DNA from: Nitrospirota bacterium
GTDB taxonomy: Bacteria > JACPQY01
Reading direction: 5' to 3'
DNA length: 64,000 bases
Assembly: GCA_016180645.1 (NCBI GenBank)
Contig: JACPAV010000019.1
Coordinates: 78,560-142,559 of the forward strand
Positions 36,551-45,949 of this stretch are shown here, in pieces. The translations under genes and the position numbers were made by a program. Position 1 is the first letter of the stretch, and each line of letters begins with the position of its first letter. Under the pieces are notes generated by a model, which searched no databases, was not told the DNA's origin, and saw only the letters and a program-made list of their open reading frames with translations.

Positions 36551-38056
36551 ATGTACCTACGGAGGGGGAGCATCGAAAGGGCTCTCGCGGTCTTCACGGC
36601 ATGGGCAGTTGCCGGATGCGATGCTTTCCGAACTCCGGCGCCCGTCGGCCCGATCCTCCTCTCCCGGTCGGAACCCGCGTCGCTCGACCTCCTGCTGGCG
36701 GACTCGACCTTGCCCGTGCAAGTCGACGCCACCCATCTCTCGCCGGGGGACTACTTCGGTTCAATCACCATCACGGAACCATCGTCGGATTCCAATCCGG
36801 TCTCCGTTCGCCTCCATGCACGAGTCCGCTCGCCCTCAGCGGAAGAACCACCCAACATGGATACAGCGACGGGAACGGATTCCGTTTCCTCCGACTCCGT
36901 CCGCAAGGATGGCTCGGGGAAAACCGAGGAACCGTCGTGGGTCGTTCCTCCTCCCACCGAAGTCGAGCCCGGAGTCGAGTACGCCGTCGAATACACCCGC
37001 CCGCGGTCCGCGGAAGGAGATCTCCTGTACAGTTCGTTTCGTGTCTCCTCCGATCCAGACGGATCCGGATACGTTTCCCATAGTTCGGACACATCGATCG
37101 ACCCTGCCGACCAAACGAAAGCCAAGGCAACCATTACGTTCACCTCATGTTCATCGGGTCCGGTGTATGTTTTCTTCGAGTGGTTCGAAGGAGGAACGTG
37201 GCGCCTCTCCCAAACCTCAATCACCATCAACCTCCTCCGTCCGACGGCGCCCACACCGGCACTCGATTTCGACTCCAGCAACCTATTTCGAACGACTCCC
37301 ACCGTATCACGCCAGCGGATAGGCCAACTCTACGTGTCGTCTATCTGCGGCCTCCCGATGGCCTGGAGAGCATCCTCAAGCGAACGCTGGCTTGAGATTG
37401 CTCCGTCTGCCGGCAACATCCGTGAAGGGGATTCGGGGCGGAACCGCATGGAACTGTGGACCACCAAACTTCTCATGCCCGGAAGCTACGCGAGCACGGT
37501 GACGGTCACCGCCGATGAATCGGGCCGACATGACTCGCAAAGTGAATACCTCGTGGTCGCCCCCGTGCGCCTCGAATGGTTGGACGCCGCACCCGCAAGT
37601 GTGCAATCCGGGGAGGAGATCCTCCTGAGACTCCGACCCCTGAGCGGATATGCACCTCAGAGCATCTGGATCGAACCGATCAACCTGGGTGGCCCGAGAT
37701 GGTCCACCGACCCGGGCACGATCCCGGCGCTTCCGTTGCCCGATGGAACCTTCGTAGCGCCCCTTCGACTGGTTGCCTGTAGCGAATCCCGCTATCGCAT
37801 CTCCGCATGGGGAGGTTATTCCCAATACTCCACCTCCGCGGATCAGGACGGCGCCAGCCCTCCCGTCGAAATCCAGGTGACTCCGTTGGGTCGCACGGTC
37901 TTGATCGTTAAGCCGACCGTGCTGATAGTTGAGGTTGCAGCCGGGATGAAATCCAGGAGCCAGGAGATTCGGCTGGATTTCCCCTGTCAGAACAGCGGAG
38001 AACGCCTGAAAATTTCCCCGAGCCATTCGTGGATCCTCTTGGCCCCTCCCGAGTAG
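36551..38056 (+). CDS. Putative lipoprotein with BACON-like Ig domains
   Basis: Lipobox-like AVAGC; central WRASSSERWLEIAPSAG...LMPGSYASTVTVT; half-domains at both termini. Confidence 0.7.
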   Translation: MYLRRGSIERALAVFTAWAVAGCDAFRTPAPVGPILLSRSEPASLDLLLADSTLPVQVDATHLSPGDYFGSITITEPSSDSNPVSVRLHARVRSPSAEEPPNMDTATGTDSVSSDSVRKDGSGKTEEPSWVVPPPTEVEPGVEYAVEYTRPRSAEGDLLYSSFRVSSDPDGSGYVSHSSDTSIDPADQTKAKATITFTSCSSGPVYVFFEWFEGGTWRLSQTSITINLLRPTAPTPALDFDSSNLFRTTPTVSRQRIGQLYVSSICGLPMAWRASSSERWLEIAPSAGNIREGDSGRNRMELWTTKLLMPGSYASTVTVTADESGRHDSQSEYLVVAPVRLEWLDAAPASVQSGEEILLRLRPLSGYAPQSIWIEPINLGGPRWSTDPGTIPALPLPDGTFVAPLRLVACSESRYRISAWGGYSQYSTSADQDGASPPVEIQVTPLGRTVLIVKPTVLIVEVAAGMKSRSQEIRLDFPCQNSGERLKISPSHSWILLAPPE

Positions 38057-38069
38057 AAAGGAGATTCCC

Positions 38070-39491
38070 ATGCGTCTTGATGACCACACACGGATTGTCC
38101 TGGCGACCATCCTTGGCCTTGCCGTGGCGCACGCTTCGCCCGAATCGGCCACGGCCACCCCTGCCCGCTCCCAATCCCTTCTTCAAAACCGCGGGATGGC
38201 GGATGACACCGACCTCTTCATCTTCCCGGCATCCATTTTCCTGTTCGACAACGCCGTCTACGCGGACTTGGGGGTGAATTCGTTCAACGGCGCGGGGGGT
38301 GTCCTCTTCCATCGGCACCGGGGCGCGGGACTGTTTGTCAATCGCCACAACGTGGGGCGTACCTCCCTGGGTTCGACCGACGATCTTACCCAGACCCAAC
38401 TGTCCCTCTCGGAATCCACCCAGACGCCCTCGATTCGGACGACCACACAATCGGACCTCCCTCCGTCGCCGGACAAAGTTCTCGACCTGATGCTCGCCAA
38501 GCCGCTTCGGGGGCCGGGCCGGTGGATGGGCCTTGGTCTCTCGATGAGCCACAAATCCGATGACCGCGGCGCGGCGGCCGCCACCCTGACCGACGATACC
38601 GGCCTTCCGATCACCGTTACCCGATCCCAAAAGGCCCGCTCCACACTCTTCGCAATCATGCCGGGCTACACGCGAATCACGGACTCCGACCGCATGGAAG
38701 TCTCTCTGAACGCCACGCTCTCGCTGTTCAGGATCGAGAACAGACTCGCGCAGGAAATCCCCCCGGATGTCAATGTCATTCCCCTCGGAAAGTCAGAGGG
38801 CACCGCGCTCAATCAGGCCGGTCCTCCTTCGGTGGGCGGCGCGTTCCGTTGGCAAACCAATCGAAATCCGGCTGCAACCGACTGGGTCTTCTACACCTCG
38901 CTGGACAGGAGGGACTATGACTCGGTTAGCCCCATCAATGAGACAAGCACCGAGGCCGATCAATACCAATTCTCCGTCCAGACCGGACCGCGTTGGCAGC
39001 CCGTCGAAAACGTCACGCTTACACTCCTGGGTGAAGCGGGATTCGACCAACTGGCCGTGGCGCCGAATCCCGGACCCAGCCGGCGCGTCACCACATACAT
39101 CTTTCCGGCGGTCCACGGTGCGGCCGAGGCCCGGATCTCCAAGCACATTTCCGTACGGGGAGCGGTGGTCAACGGCTTCGAGTGGACTCGTTCACGACTA
39201 CCGGGGACTCAACCCGAATCGCCTCGTCGGACGCTGAGCGAAACGGAGACCCGCTTCAATTGGGCCGTGGGCCTTTCCGGGCACCACAAGGCCTTCGACC
39301 TCGACGCCTCCGTTCGGTCAGCCCTTCTCACCAACGGCCCCGCCTTCATCGGCGGCGAAACGTCCCAATCGGGCGGCCCCGGACTATTCTCCCTCCTCTC
39401 CCTGACCTACCGATTCGGGGAGCCGGCCCAGACCAGCACGAACGACCCTCCACCCCCCTCATCAGACTCCGCCCCAAGTCCCTCACCCTGA
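38070..39491 (+). CDS. Putative outer-membrane beta-barrel protein
   Basis: RBS AAGGAG; signal peptide; alternating amphipathic strands; beta-signal-like LSLTYRF followed by a Pro/Ser tail. Confidence 0.7.
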   Translation: MRLDDHTRIVLATILGLAVAHASPESATATPARSQSLLQNRGMADDTDLFIFPASIFLFDNAVYADLGVNSFNGAGGVLFHRHRGAGLFVNRHNVGRTSLGSTDDLTQTQLSLSESTQTPSIRTTTQSDLPPSPDKVLDLMLAKPLRGPGRWMGLGLSMSHKSDDRGAAAATLTDDTGLPITVTRSQKARSTLFAIMPGYTRITDSDRMEVSLNATLSLFRIENRLAQEIPPDVNVIPLGKSEGTALNQAGPPSVGGAFRWQTNRNPAATDWVFYTSLDRRDYDSVSPINETSTEADQYQFSVQTGPRWQPVENVTLTLLGEAGFDQLAVAPNPGPSRRVTTYIFPAVHGAAEARISKHISVRGAVVNGFEWTRSRLPGTQPESPRRTLSETETRFNWAVGLSGHHKAFDLDASVRSALLTNGPAFIGGETSQSGGPGLFSLLSLTYRFGEPAQTSTNDPPPPSSDSAPSPSP

Positions 39492-39543
39492 AATTCCAAC
39501 TCTCGGTACGCCGACTTTTTTTGTGATAGGATTCCCGAAACCT

Positions 39544-39618
39544 GGCGCGGTAGCCAAGTGGTAAGGCGGCAGTCTGCAAAACTGCTATACATCGGTTCAA
39601 TTCCGATCCGCGCCTCCA
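39544..39618 (+). tRNA. tRNA-Cys(GCA)
   Basis: GGCGCGGTAGCCAAGTGGTAAGG...CTGCAAA...GGTTCAATTCC...TCCA. Confidence 0.96.
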
Positions 39619-39815
39619 GCCATGGACGGTGCGGTACCCCGCCCTGAAGGCCGACCACGACGGGAGGCGAAGGGAGGCGGGGTGCGTGCGTAGATCGCGC
39701 CGGCCACCTAGGCGACCTTCCGCGGTCGCCCATCCAGAATTCCCGATCCGCTCTGCACCCGGCCCACTCCTTGCCCCTTGATTTCATGGCTCGTCCGTGG
39801 TCCCCTTGAACGGCG

Positions 39816-41168
39816 ATGAGCACACCCGACAATCTGGCGCTCCGTTGGAAGGGACCTCTTGACGTCCTCTTCCTCCGACTCCTTCCCGCGAAGCCCATTG
39901 CGTTCATTCGTCGATCGGGAACGGTCTTCATCGGCTTCCAAGCAGCGGACCGATTCACACACACCTCCACCGCAGACACCACCCACCCATTCGACCGCCT
40001 CGAAGCCTGGGTCAACTCCCACTCGGTGCAGGACTCGGGACCCCAACTTTCGGTCGGATACATCAGCTACGACACCAAGAACTTCCTCGCGGATTTCAGC
40101 CGTCGCCGCGGCTACGCGCCCCTTTACCCCGAGATAACCTTTCTCCATTTCACCGAAGGCCTCTTTCTCGATACCGAAAAACAGGTCATGTATCTCCGCA
40201 TCCCGTCCGAATCCAAACGCGATGAGATCGCCGCTCTCCTCCTCGCAACCGAAAATCCCCGCTCGGCCATTCCCTCCTCACCGACCGACGTCCGTTTCAC
40301 CGCCTTCCCTGCCTACAGCGAAAAAATCCGCCGCATACAGCACTACCTCCGCGAGGGCGATTCCTACGAGGTGAACCATACGGAGCGCTTCACGTTCAAG
40401 TATCGGGGCGCCGCGGGGCCACTCTTCGCGCGACTCCTCGCCGAATCCGACGCCCTCCGCGCCACGTGGATCCGCGATGACTCGCTGACGATCCTTTCCG
40501 CCACCCTCGAGGATTTTGTGGCCGTCCGAGGTGAGAAAATCGAGAGCAAGCCCATGAAGGGAACCCGCGCCTCCGCGGGCCATAAACAACTTGACGACGC
40601 CCTCATCGAGGAACTTCGAAACAGTCGAAAGGATCGCGCGGAGCACGTCATGATCGTCGACGTCGTCCGGAATGACCTGGGACGCGTCTGCCGGCCGGGA
40701 ACGGTGGCCGTTACCCGCCCCTTCGAAGTGATCTCCTACCCCACCGTGCATCACATGGTTTCGACGATCGAAGGGCAACTCCGAACGGACACGCGCATGG
40801 CCGACATCCTTCGAGCCGTCTTCCCCGCGGCCTCCGTCACCGGCGCCCCCAAAATTCGCGCCACCGAAATCATCGACGAACTGGAGGAAACGCCGCGCGG
40901 CATCTACACCGGCGCGATCGGACTGATCGGCGGGCCGCAGGACTACGACCTCTCCATGGGCATCCGCACCCTCACCCTCCGCGGGGAAGATGCCGTTTAC
41001 GGAACCGGCGGCGGCATCGTCATCGATTCGGACCCCCGCGCCGAGTATGAGGAATGTTCGGCGAAGACCGAGGTCCTCCTCCGAGCCCTTTTCGGCGGAT
41101 CTCCCGCCGCCCCCGATGAAGAAAACATCCATCTGCTGGGTCAACGGCCGCTATCTCGCCCAGCCTGA
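39816..41168 (+). CDS. pabB: Aminodeoxychorismate synthase component I (chorismate-binding family)
   Basis: GDSYEVN, SKPMKGTR, KDRAEHVMIVDVVRNDLGR, FPAASVTGAPKIRA, RGIYTGAIG, GGGIVIDS. Confidence 0.85.
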   Translation: MSTPDNLALRWKGPLDVLFLRLLPAKPIAFIRRSGTVFIGFQAADRFTHTSTADTTHPFDRLEAWVNSHSVQDSGPQLSVGYISYDTKNFLADFSRRRGYAPLYPEITFLHFTEGLFLDTEKQVMYLRIPSESKRDEIAALLLATENPRSAIPSSPTDVRFTAFPAYSEKIRRIQHYLREGDSYEVNHTERFTFKYRGAAGPLFARLLAESDALRATWIRDDSLTILSATLEDFVAVRGEKIESKPMKGTRASAGHKQLDDALIEELRNSRKDRAEHVMIVDVVRNDLGRVCRPGTVAVTRPFEVISYPTVHHMVSTIEGQLRTDTRMADILRAVFPAASVTGAPKIRATEIIDELEETPRGIYTGAIGLIGGPQDYDLSMGIRTLTLRGEDAVYGTGGGIVIDSDPRAEYEECSAKTEVLLRALFGGSPAAPDEENIHLLGQRPLSRPA

Positions 41169-41991
41169 AGCCCGCGTCTCTCCGTTCGACTCCGGATTCC
41201 TGTATGGCGACGGAGTGTACGACACCCTGCGCGCCTACCGCGGCCGGATCTTCAAATTGGAGCAACATCTCGGGCGCCTCCGGGAGAACCTTCGCTTCGT
41301 GGACATTCCCTTCTCCAAGTTCGATCTGCTCCAACGAGTGTTCACGAAACTCATCGTCATGAACCACAGCCCGGACGCGGTTCTCCGGGCCCAAATAACG
41401 CGCGGCGTCCAGCGGGAATTTCCGCCATACCCCCGTTTCGATTCGCCTACGGTTCTTGTATCCCTTCGCCCCGTTCCGCGCTATGACCCCACCCACTACA
41501 CGCGCGGTGTCGTCGTGACCCTGCTGGAGGCGCCGTTCGTTTTCGCCGGGCCGAAACCCAAATCGACCAACTTCCAGGCCAATCTACTCGCCCGCCTCCG
41601 CGCCGCTCGCGAAAAGGCGTTCGAAGCCGTTTTCATCTCCGGGAACCGAGTTCTCGAGGGGAGCATGTCGAACATCTTCTTCGTTCGCCGCGGACGACTC
41701 TTCACCCCGCGGCTTGACGGCATCCTGCCCGGAATCACTCGATCCACGGTTCTCGGCCTGGCGCGGCAACTCCAAATCCCCGCGCACGAATCCGTGTGCA
41801 CCGTCTCTCAACTCATGAAGGCCGATGAAGCCTTCCTCACCAGTACCACGCTGGAAGTCATGCCGATTTGCAAACTGCGGCGGCGTCGCCGCGCTCGCGC
41901 CTACGCCCGCCATCCCGTTGCGGATGCGTTGCGCGCTGCCTACCGGAAACGCGTGGAAGCCGACTGCTCTTCCCTGACCCCTGAACCCTGA
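41116..41991 (+). CDS. Class IV aminotransferase (4-amino-4-deoxychorismate lyase / IlvE-like)
   Basis: DSGFLYGDGVYDTLR, HLGRL, KSTN (PLP Lys), EGSMSNIF, ILPGITR, ADEAFLTST. Confidence 0.9.
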   Translation: MKKTSICWVNGRYLAQPEARVSPFDSGFLYGDGVYDTLRAYRGRIFKLEQHLGRLRENLRFVDIPFSKFDLLQRVFTKLIVMNHSPDAVLRAQITRGVQREFPPYPRFDSPTVLVSLRPVPRYDPTHYTRGVVVTLLEAPFVFAGPKPKSTNFQANLLARLRAAREKAFEAVFISGNRVLEGSMSNIFFVRRGRLFTPRLDGILPGITRSTVLGLARQLQIPAHESVCTVSQLMKADEAFLTSTTLEVMPICKLRRRRRARAYARHPVADALRAAYRKRVEADCSSLTPEP

Positions 41992-42016
41992 CCCCCCTCC
42001 TCAGCCCTCTGGGTAT

Positions 42017-42072
42017 AATAGGTGACAGTATCCTCTATTTGGCCTAATAATAGTATACTGTCACCGTTTATT
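42017..42072. repeat. Second copy of the AT-rich palindromic element between convergent genes
   Basis: GGTGACAGTATCCTCTATT...AATAATAGTATACTGTCACCGTTTAT. Confidence 0.8.
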
Positions 42073-43865
42073 CATGTGTACATCGAGTCCAACACCGACT
42101 GGTACTTCTTCGTCACTTCCTTCCGACGGACCTTCAGCGTCGGCGTCAGCATGTTGTTCTCCTGCGTGAAGTCCTCCTGAACCAGCTTGAACTTCTTCAC
42201 CTGCTCCCAGCTTCCCAGCTTGGAGTTCACCCCGTTCACCGCCTCCTGAACCCGGGCGACGAGCTTGTCGTTCTTGACGGCGTCCCCCATTTGTACCGAT
42301 TCGCCCAACCCGTTCGACTTCGCAAATACCTTGACTTCATCCGGATTCAAGGTAATCAGCGCCGTGCAGAATGGACGTCGGTCGCCATGAACCATCGCCT
42401 GACTGATGATCGGATCCTTCGCCTTCAGCAGATTTTCCACGTACTGCGGTGCGACGTATTTTCCACCCGCGGTCTTGATGAGATCCTTCTTCCGATCGGT
42501 GATTCGAAGGAATCCATCCGCATCGAACTCCCCGATGTCCCCGGTGGCGAACCAACCGTCGTCGAGAAACGCCTGTTTCGTCTCCTCCGCCAGTTTGTAA
42601 TAGCCCTTCGCAATGTTCGGTCCCCGACCCAGGATCTCCCCGTCCTCCGCGATCCGGATTTCCACCCCGGGAATCGGCTTCCCCACGGTGCCGAACTTGA
42701 AATCTTCCACGCGGTTGATCGTCACCGCGGGACACGTCTCCGTCAGCCCGTAGCCTTCGATCACCAGAATCCCCGCGGCGTGGAAGAACTCCGCGATTTC
42801 ACGCGAAAGCGGAGCACCACCCGAAATGCAAAACCGGATTCTCCCTCCCAGTTTCTCATGCAGCTTCGAAAACACCAGCTTGTGTGCCAGTTTCTTCTGG
42901 AGCCCCAGACTCAAAGGAATCGGCTCCTTCTTCTGAATCCTCCGGCTCACCTCCGTGCCCACGGCCACGGCCCAGTCGAAAATCTTCTTTTTCGCCGGAG
43001 AGGCCGCCGCGCCCGCAAGAACTTTCCCGTACACTTTCTCGTACACCCGGGGCACGCTCGCAAAGATGGTCGGGTGCGACTCCATCAGATTCTCGCCGAC
43101 CTTGTCGATGTTTTCCGCATACCACGTCTCATAGCCAAGATGGATCCCGGCGTACTCTTCCGAACGCGCAAAGGAATGGGCCAGAGGCAGAAAGAGGAGA
43201 TTGGAATCCCCCTCCCTGAAGTCACCGATGGTCCCGAGCATCCGCGCCATGCTGAGGTGATTGTCGTGGCTCTGCATGACGCCCTTCGGCACGCCGGTCG
43301 TCCCCGACGTGTAGACGATGGTCGCCAGATCGTCCGGCTTGATCGCGGAAATCCGCTTCTCCATCTCCCTCAAGTCGCCCTTCCGCCCGGCCTCGCACAC
43401 CTCGCGGAGAGAAAGCACGCCTTTTCCCTTCTTGTCCTTCTCTTCCATCACGATGATGTGCTTCAACGTCTTGAGCTGGTCCCGCAGGGCCTGGATTTTC
43501 TCGACCTGCGCGGCATTTTCCGCAATCACGGCAACGGATTCCGAATCGTTGAAGATGTAAGCGGCCTGCTCCGGCGTGCTCGAAGGGTAGATCGGGATAC
43601 TGATCCCGCCCGCGCTCATGATGGCCACGTCCGCCCATACCCACTCCGCGCGGCTCGCGCTGAAAATGGCCACGGCGTCTTTCGGTTGCGCGCCCAGGCC
43701 GATCAAACCCAACGCCAGGTCGTCCACAATTTGGCGGATCTCCTGCCATGTACGCGTGTCCCACTTCCCGTCCTTCTTCGAATGCTGGGCGGGCCTGGGA
43801 CCCGACTTGTTCACCCGCTCGCGGAAAAGCGCGGGAATGGTTCTCGCTTTCATCTCTTCAGCCAT
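42072..43865 (-). CDS. Long-chain fatty acid--CoA ligase (AMP-dependent synthetase)
   Basis: YTSGTTGVPKGVM, LPLAH, VPRVYEK, EGYGLTET, TGDIG, DRKKDLIKTAGGKYVAP, TPTLKVRR; RBS GGAGG. Confidence 0.94.
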   Translation of the reverse strand: MAEEMKARTIPALFRERVNKSGPRPAQHSKKDGKWDTRTWQEIRQIVDDLALGLIGLGAQPKDAVAIFSASRAEWVWADVAIMSAGGISIPIYPSSTPEQAAYIFNDSESVAVIAENAAQVEKIQALRDQLKTLKHIIVMEEKDKKGKGVLSLREVCEAGRKGDLREMEKRISAIKPDDLATIVYTSGTTGVPKGVMQSHDNHLSMARMLGTIGDFREGDSNLLFLPLAHSFARSEEYAGIHLGYETWYAENIDKVGENLMESHPTIFASVPRVYEKVYGKVLAGAAASPAKKKIFDWAVAVGTEVSRRIQKKEPIPLSLGLQKKLAHKLVFSKLHEKLGGRIRFCISGGAPLSREIAEFFHAAGILVIEGYGLTETCPAVTINRVEDFKFGTVGKPIPGVEIRIAEDGEILGRGPNIAKGYYKLAEETKQAFLDDGWFATGDIGEFDADGFLRITDRKKDLIKTAGGKYVAPQYVENLLKAKDPIISQAMVHGDRRPFCTALITLNPDEVKVFAKSNGLGESVQMGDAVKNDKLVARVQEAVNGVNSKLGSWEQVKKFKLVQEDFTQENNMLTPTLKVRRKEVTKKYQSVLDSMYT

Positions 43866-43923
43866 GTGTCCTCCAATTGGTAGTAGCACTCATATCATGG
43901 TTCCCAGCGGCATACGACCTTCT

Positions 43924-44049
43924 CGCCGTTCCCGCGAAGACGGGAACCCAGACTGGACCATGGTCCATGCCGCGCCATCCTGGGCGCGGCGACATTGCAT
44001 GGTCCCGTGGCATCCTGGACACGGGATACCTGCTTTCGCAGGAATCACG
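43924..44049. repeat. ATTCCCGC-type (dRS3-like) palindromic doublet carrying the nested hairpin module (43958-44026)
   Basis: GTTCCCGCGAAGACGGGAACCCA ... TGGA[insert]TACCTGCTTTCGCAGGAATCAC. Confidence 0.75.
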
Positions 44050-44129
44050 AAGCCCGTTGCTGAGGCCGGTATCGGCACAGCTAGGTCATCAATGTGGGCG
44101 ATTCTACCCCGCTCTCCGCCATTTTCAAC

Positions 44130-44157
44130 TTGACAATTCGTCCCATTTCTCTAATCT
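44130..44157 (+). promoter_or_regulatory. Sigma70-type promoter
   Basis: TTGACA-16 bp-TAATCT, 10 nt before ATG 44168. Confidence 0.6.
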
Positions 44158-44167
44158 ACGCCCACCA

Positions 44168-45949
44168 ATGAGGTTTCAACCATCCACAAGAATCTTCCGC
44201 TTGGCGACCCCGGCCATCCTTGTTTGCGCGATTTCGCTATCGACGTGCGGCGGCTCCGCCGAAGAGAAAGCGCAATTGTGCCTGGACCAAGGCGACTGGG
44301 ATTGCGTCATCACCGAATCCAATAACGTCCTGACCGGGCTGGGCGGAAGCGCCACCCCTCCTGCGGACACCGAGGGGTATGCCTCCTGGGTCAACGCCAA
44401 ACTGAATCTTGCAACGGCCTTTCTGGGTCAGGCCGGGTTCGACATGAGAAAATTTCTGCACGCTGCCGTGGACATCCAGAAGTCCAAGGACCCCACGAAA
44501 GATGCCTTCGATATCATTAAGAAGAAGGTTTTCGGCGTCGACACATCAAAATCCGAGGATATCTGGGTTCCCCAGTTGAATACCCAAATCATCAAGGTGT
44601 TTGCCGCGCAGAAGCAACTGGAAGAGCTCCTGTATGACAAGGGGAGTTTCGATGGGCGTTCGGGAACCGCCGCCGTGGAAGTGGACGACTCCGGCCTTCC
44701 GAAGCTCTCCGATTACGATTGCGGCAAGGCCACAGCAACCTCCGGCACGAGCTCGACCACAAAGACCAGCACCACCACCTCCACAGCGGCCACCACGGGG
44801 ACCACTGCCAAGAAGCAGACCGGCACTGGAACAACGACCACGGGCGCCACGACGGGTACCACCGCCACAACGACCAGCAGCTCCGGGGCCAAACTCTGCC
44901 GGTCGTTCCCGACCGGAACGACGGACCAAACTCGATATCTGATCGGCGACGGCGAATTCCTATTCGGCGCCGTTCTCCTTACGCGCACCATCATGCAGGC
45001 CTCGCTCATGGGGCTGGATACGGTGCTCTCCAGCTCAGACGTTTCCGCCGCCATTAAGAAGGCCGCTCTGTGTTTGCAATATGAAGCCTCTTACGCAGAG
45101 TTTGAACCCTTCGGAACGAGCAAACGTTACACCCTCCAAAATGCTTTGGCGGACATCACGGGGGCATTTTCCTACGTCATTAATAGCGATCCCGCTTTAT
45201 CAGACTCTTCGATCAAAACAACCTTCGACAGCATCAAGACGTCGATTTCGGATACCAAATCAAAGGCCATCGATCCCGCGATTGAAAGCGCCTGCACACA
45301 AATCGACGGTATTGCCACGCAGGCCGAGACCCAGCTGAAAACTCTTACCAGCTCCGGCGCCTTGGCCGGCGCAACCGTCGCCTGCACGAAGGACACCGGC
45401 AATATCTCCTGTTCGGTCTCCGTCTCCCAGACCCTGCCCGCTCCCCTCAGCACCGCCGTCACCGTCAAGATTACCCTCCCCATCACCGTGGGAGACCCCA
45501 AGAAAGATTGCAAGGACGAGCTCAAGGAGGCTTTCGGGCCGACGGGTATCGACAAATTCCTCTGCAAGGTGGACGACGACGGGGACGGCAATCTGGACCT
45601 TCTGAGCGCCGCCACGCCCCGCGTATGCGACAAAGTCAGCACCTCCTGCCCGACGGCGGTCTCAACCGACATCAACCCGACCACGGTCCTCGGTCAGGAC
45701 GTGAAGACACTGCTGGCTTCTTCCGGGCTCGTCGATGTGGACGCTCAACTCAAAGATCTTTCGTCCAAGTTCAATACCATTGTGTCGGAAGGTCTGGCTA
45801 CCGTGAAAAAGACCCTCGATGAAGCGTTTGGCAAGCCGGTCACCCGCGGAGGAAAGCTTCCGGCCGGAGTGGGCACCAAGGTCACGGCCACAACTTCGAC
45901 CACATCGACGACCTCTACAAGCAGCACAACCACCGGGAGCACAAAATGA
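44168..45949 (+). CDS. Putative Cys- and Thr-rich lipoprotein
   Basis: Lipobox-like SLSTCGG; N-terminal helical/TPR-like segment; two poly-Thr tracts; more than 10 Cys. Confidence 0.75.
   Translation: MRFQPSTRIFRLATPAILVCAISLSTCGGSAEEKAQLCLDQGDWDCVITESNNVLTGLGGSATPPADTEGYASWVNAKLNLATAFLGQAGFDMRKFLHAAVDIQKSKDPTKDAFDIIKKKVFGVDTSKSEDIWVPQLNTQIIKVFAAQKQLEELLYDKGSFDGRSGTAAVEVDDSGLPKLSDYDCGKATATSGTSSTTKTSTTTSTAATTGTTAKKQTGTGTTTTGATTGTTATTTSSSGAKLCRSFPTGTTDQTRYLIGDGEFLFGAVLLTRTIMQASLMGLDTVLSSSDVSAAIKKAALCLQYEASYAEFEPFGTSKRYTLQNALADITGAFSYVINSDPALSDSSIKTTFDSIKTSISDTKSKAIDPAIESACTQIDGIATQAETQLKTLTSSGALAGATVACTKDTGNISCSVSVSQTLPAPLSTAVTVKITLPITVGDPKKDCKDELKEAFGPTGIDKFLCKVDDDGDGNLDLLSAATPRVCDKVSTSCPTAVSTDINPTTVLGQDVKTLLASSGLVDVDAQLKDLSSKFNTIVSEGLATVKKTLDEAFGKPVTRGGKLPAGVGTKVTATTSTTSTTSTSSTTTGSTK

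Noticed and set aside
43748-44167. Long N-terminal extensions in the ORF track (also 14665-14913, 19503-19844, 56779-57168, 60521-60895)
   Set aside because: They overlap neighbouring genes or repeats; downstream starts fit family N-termini and signals.
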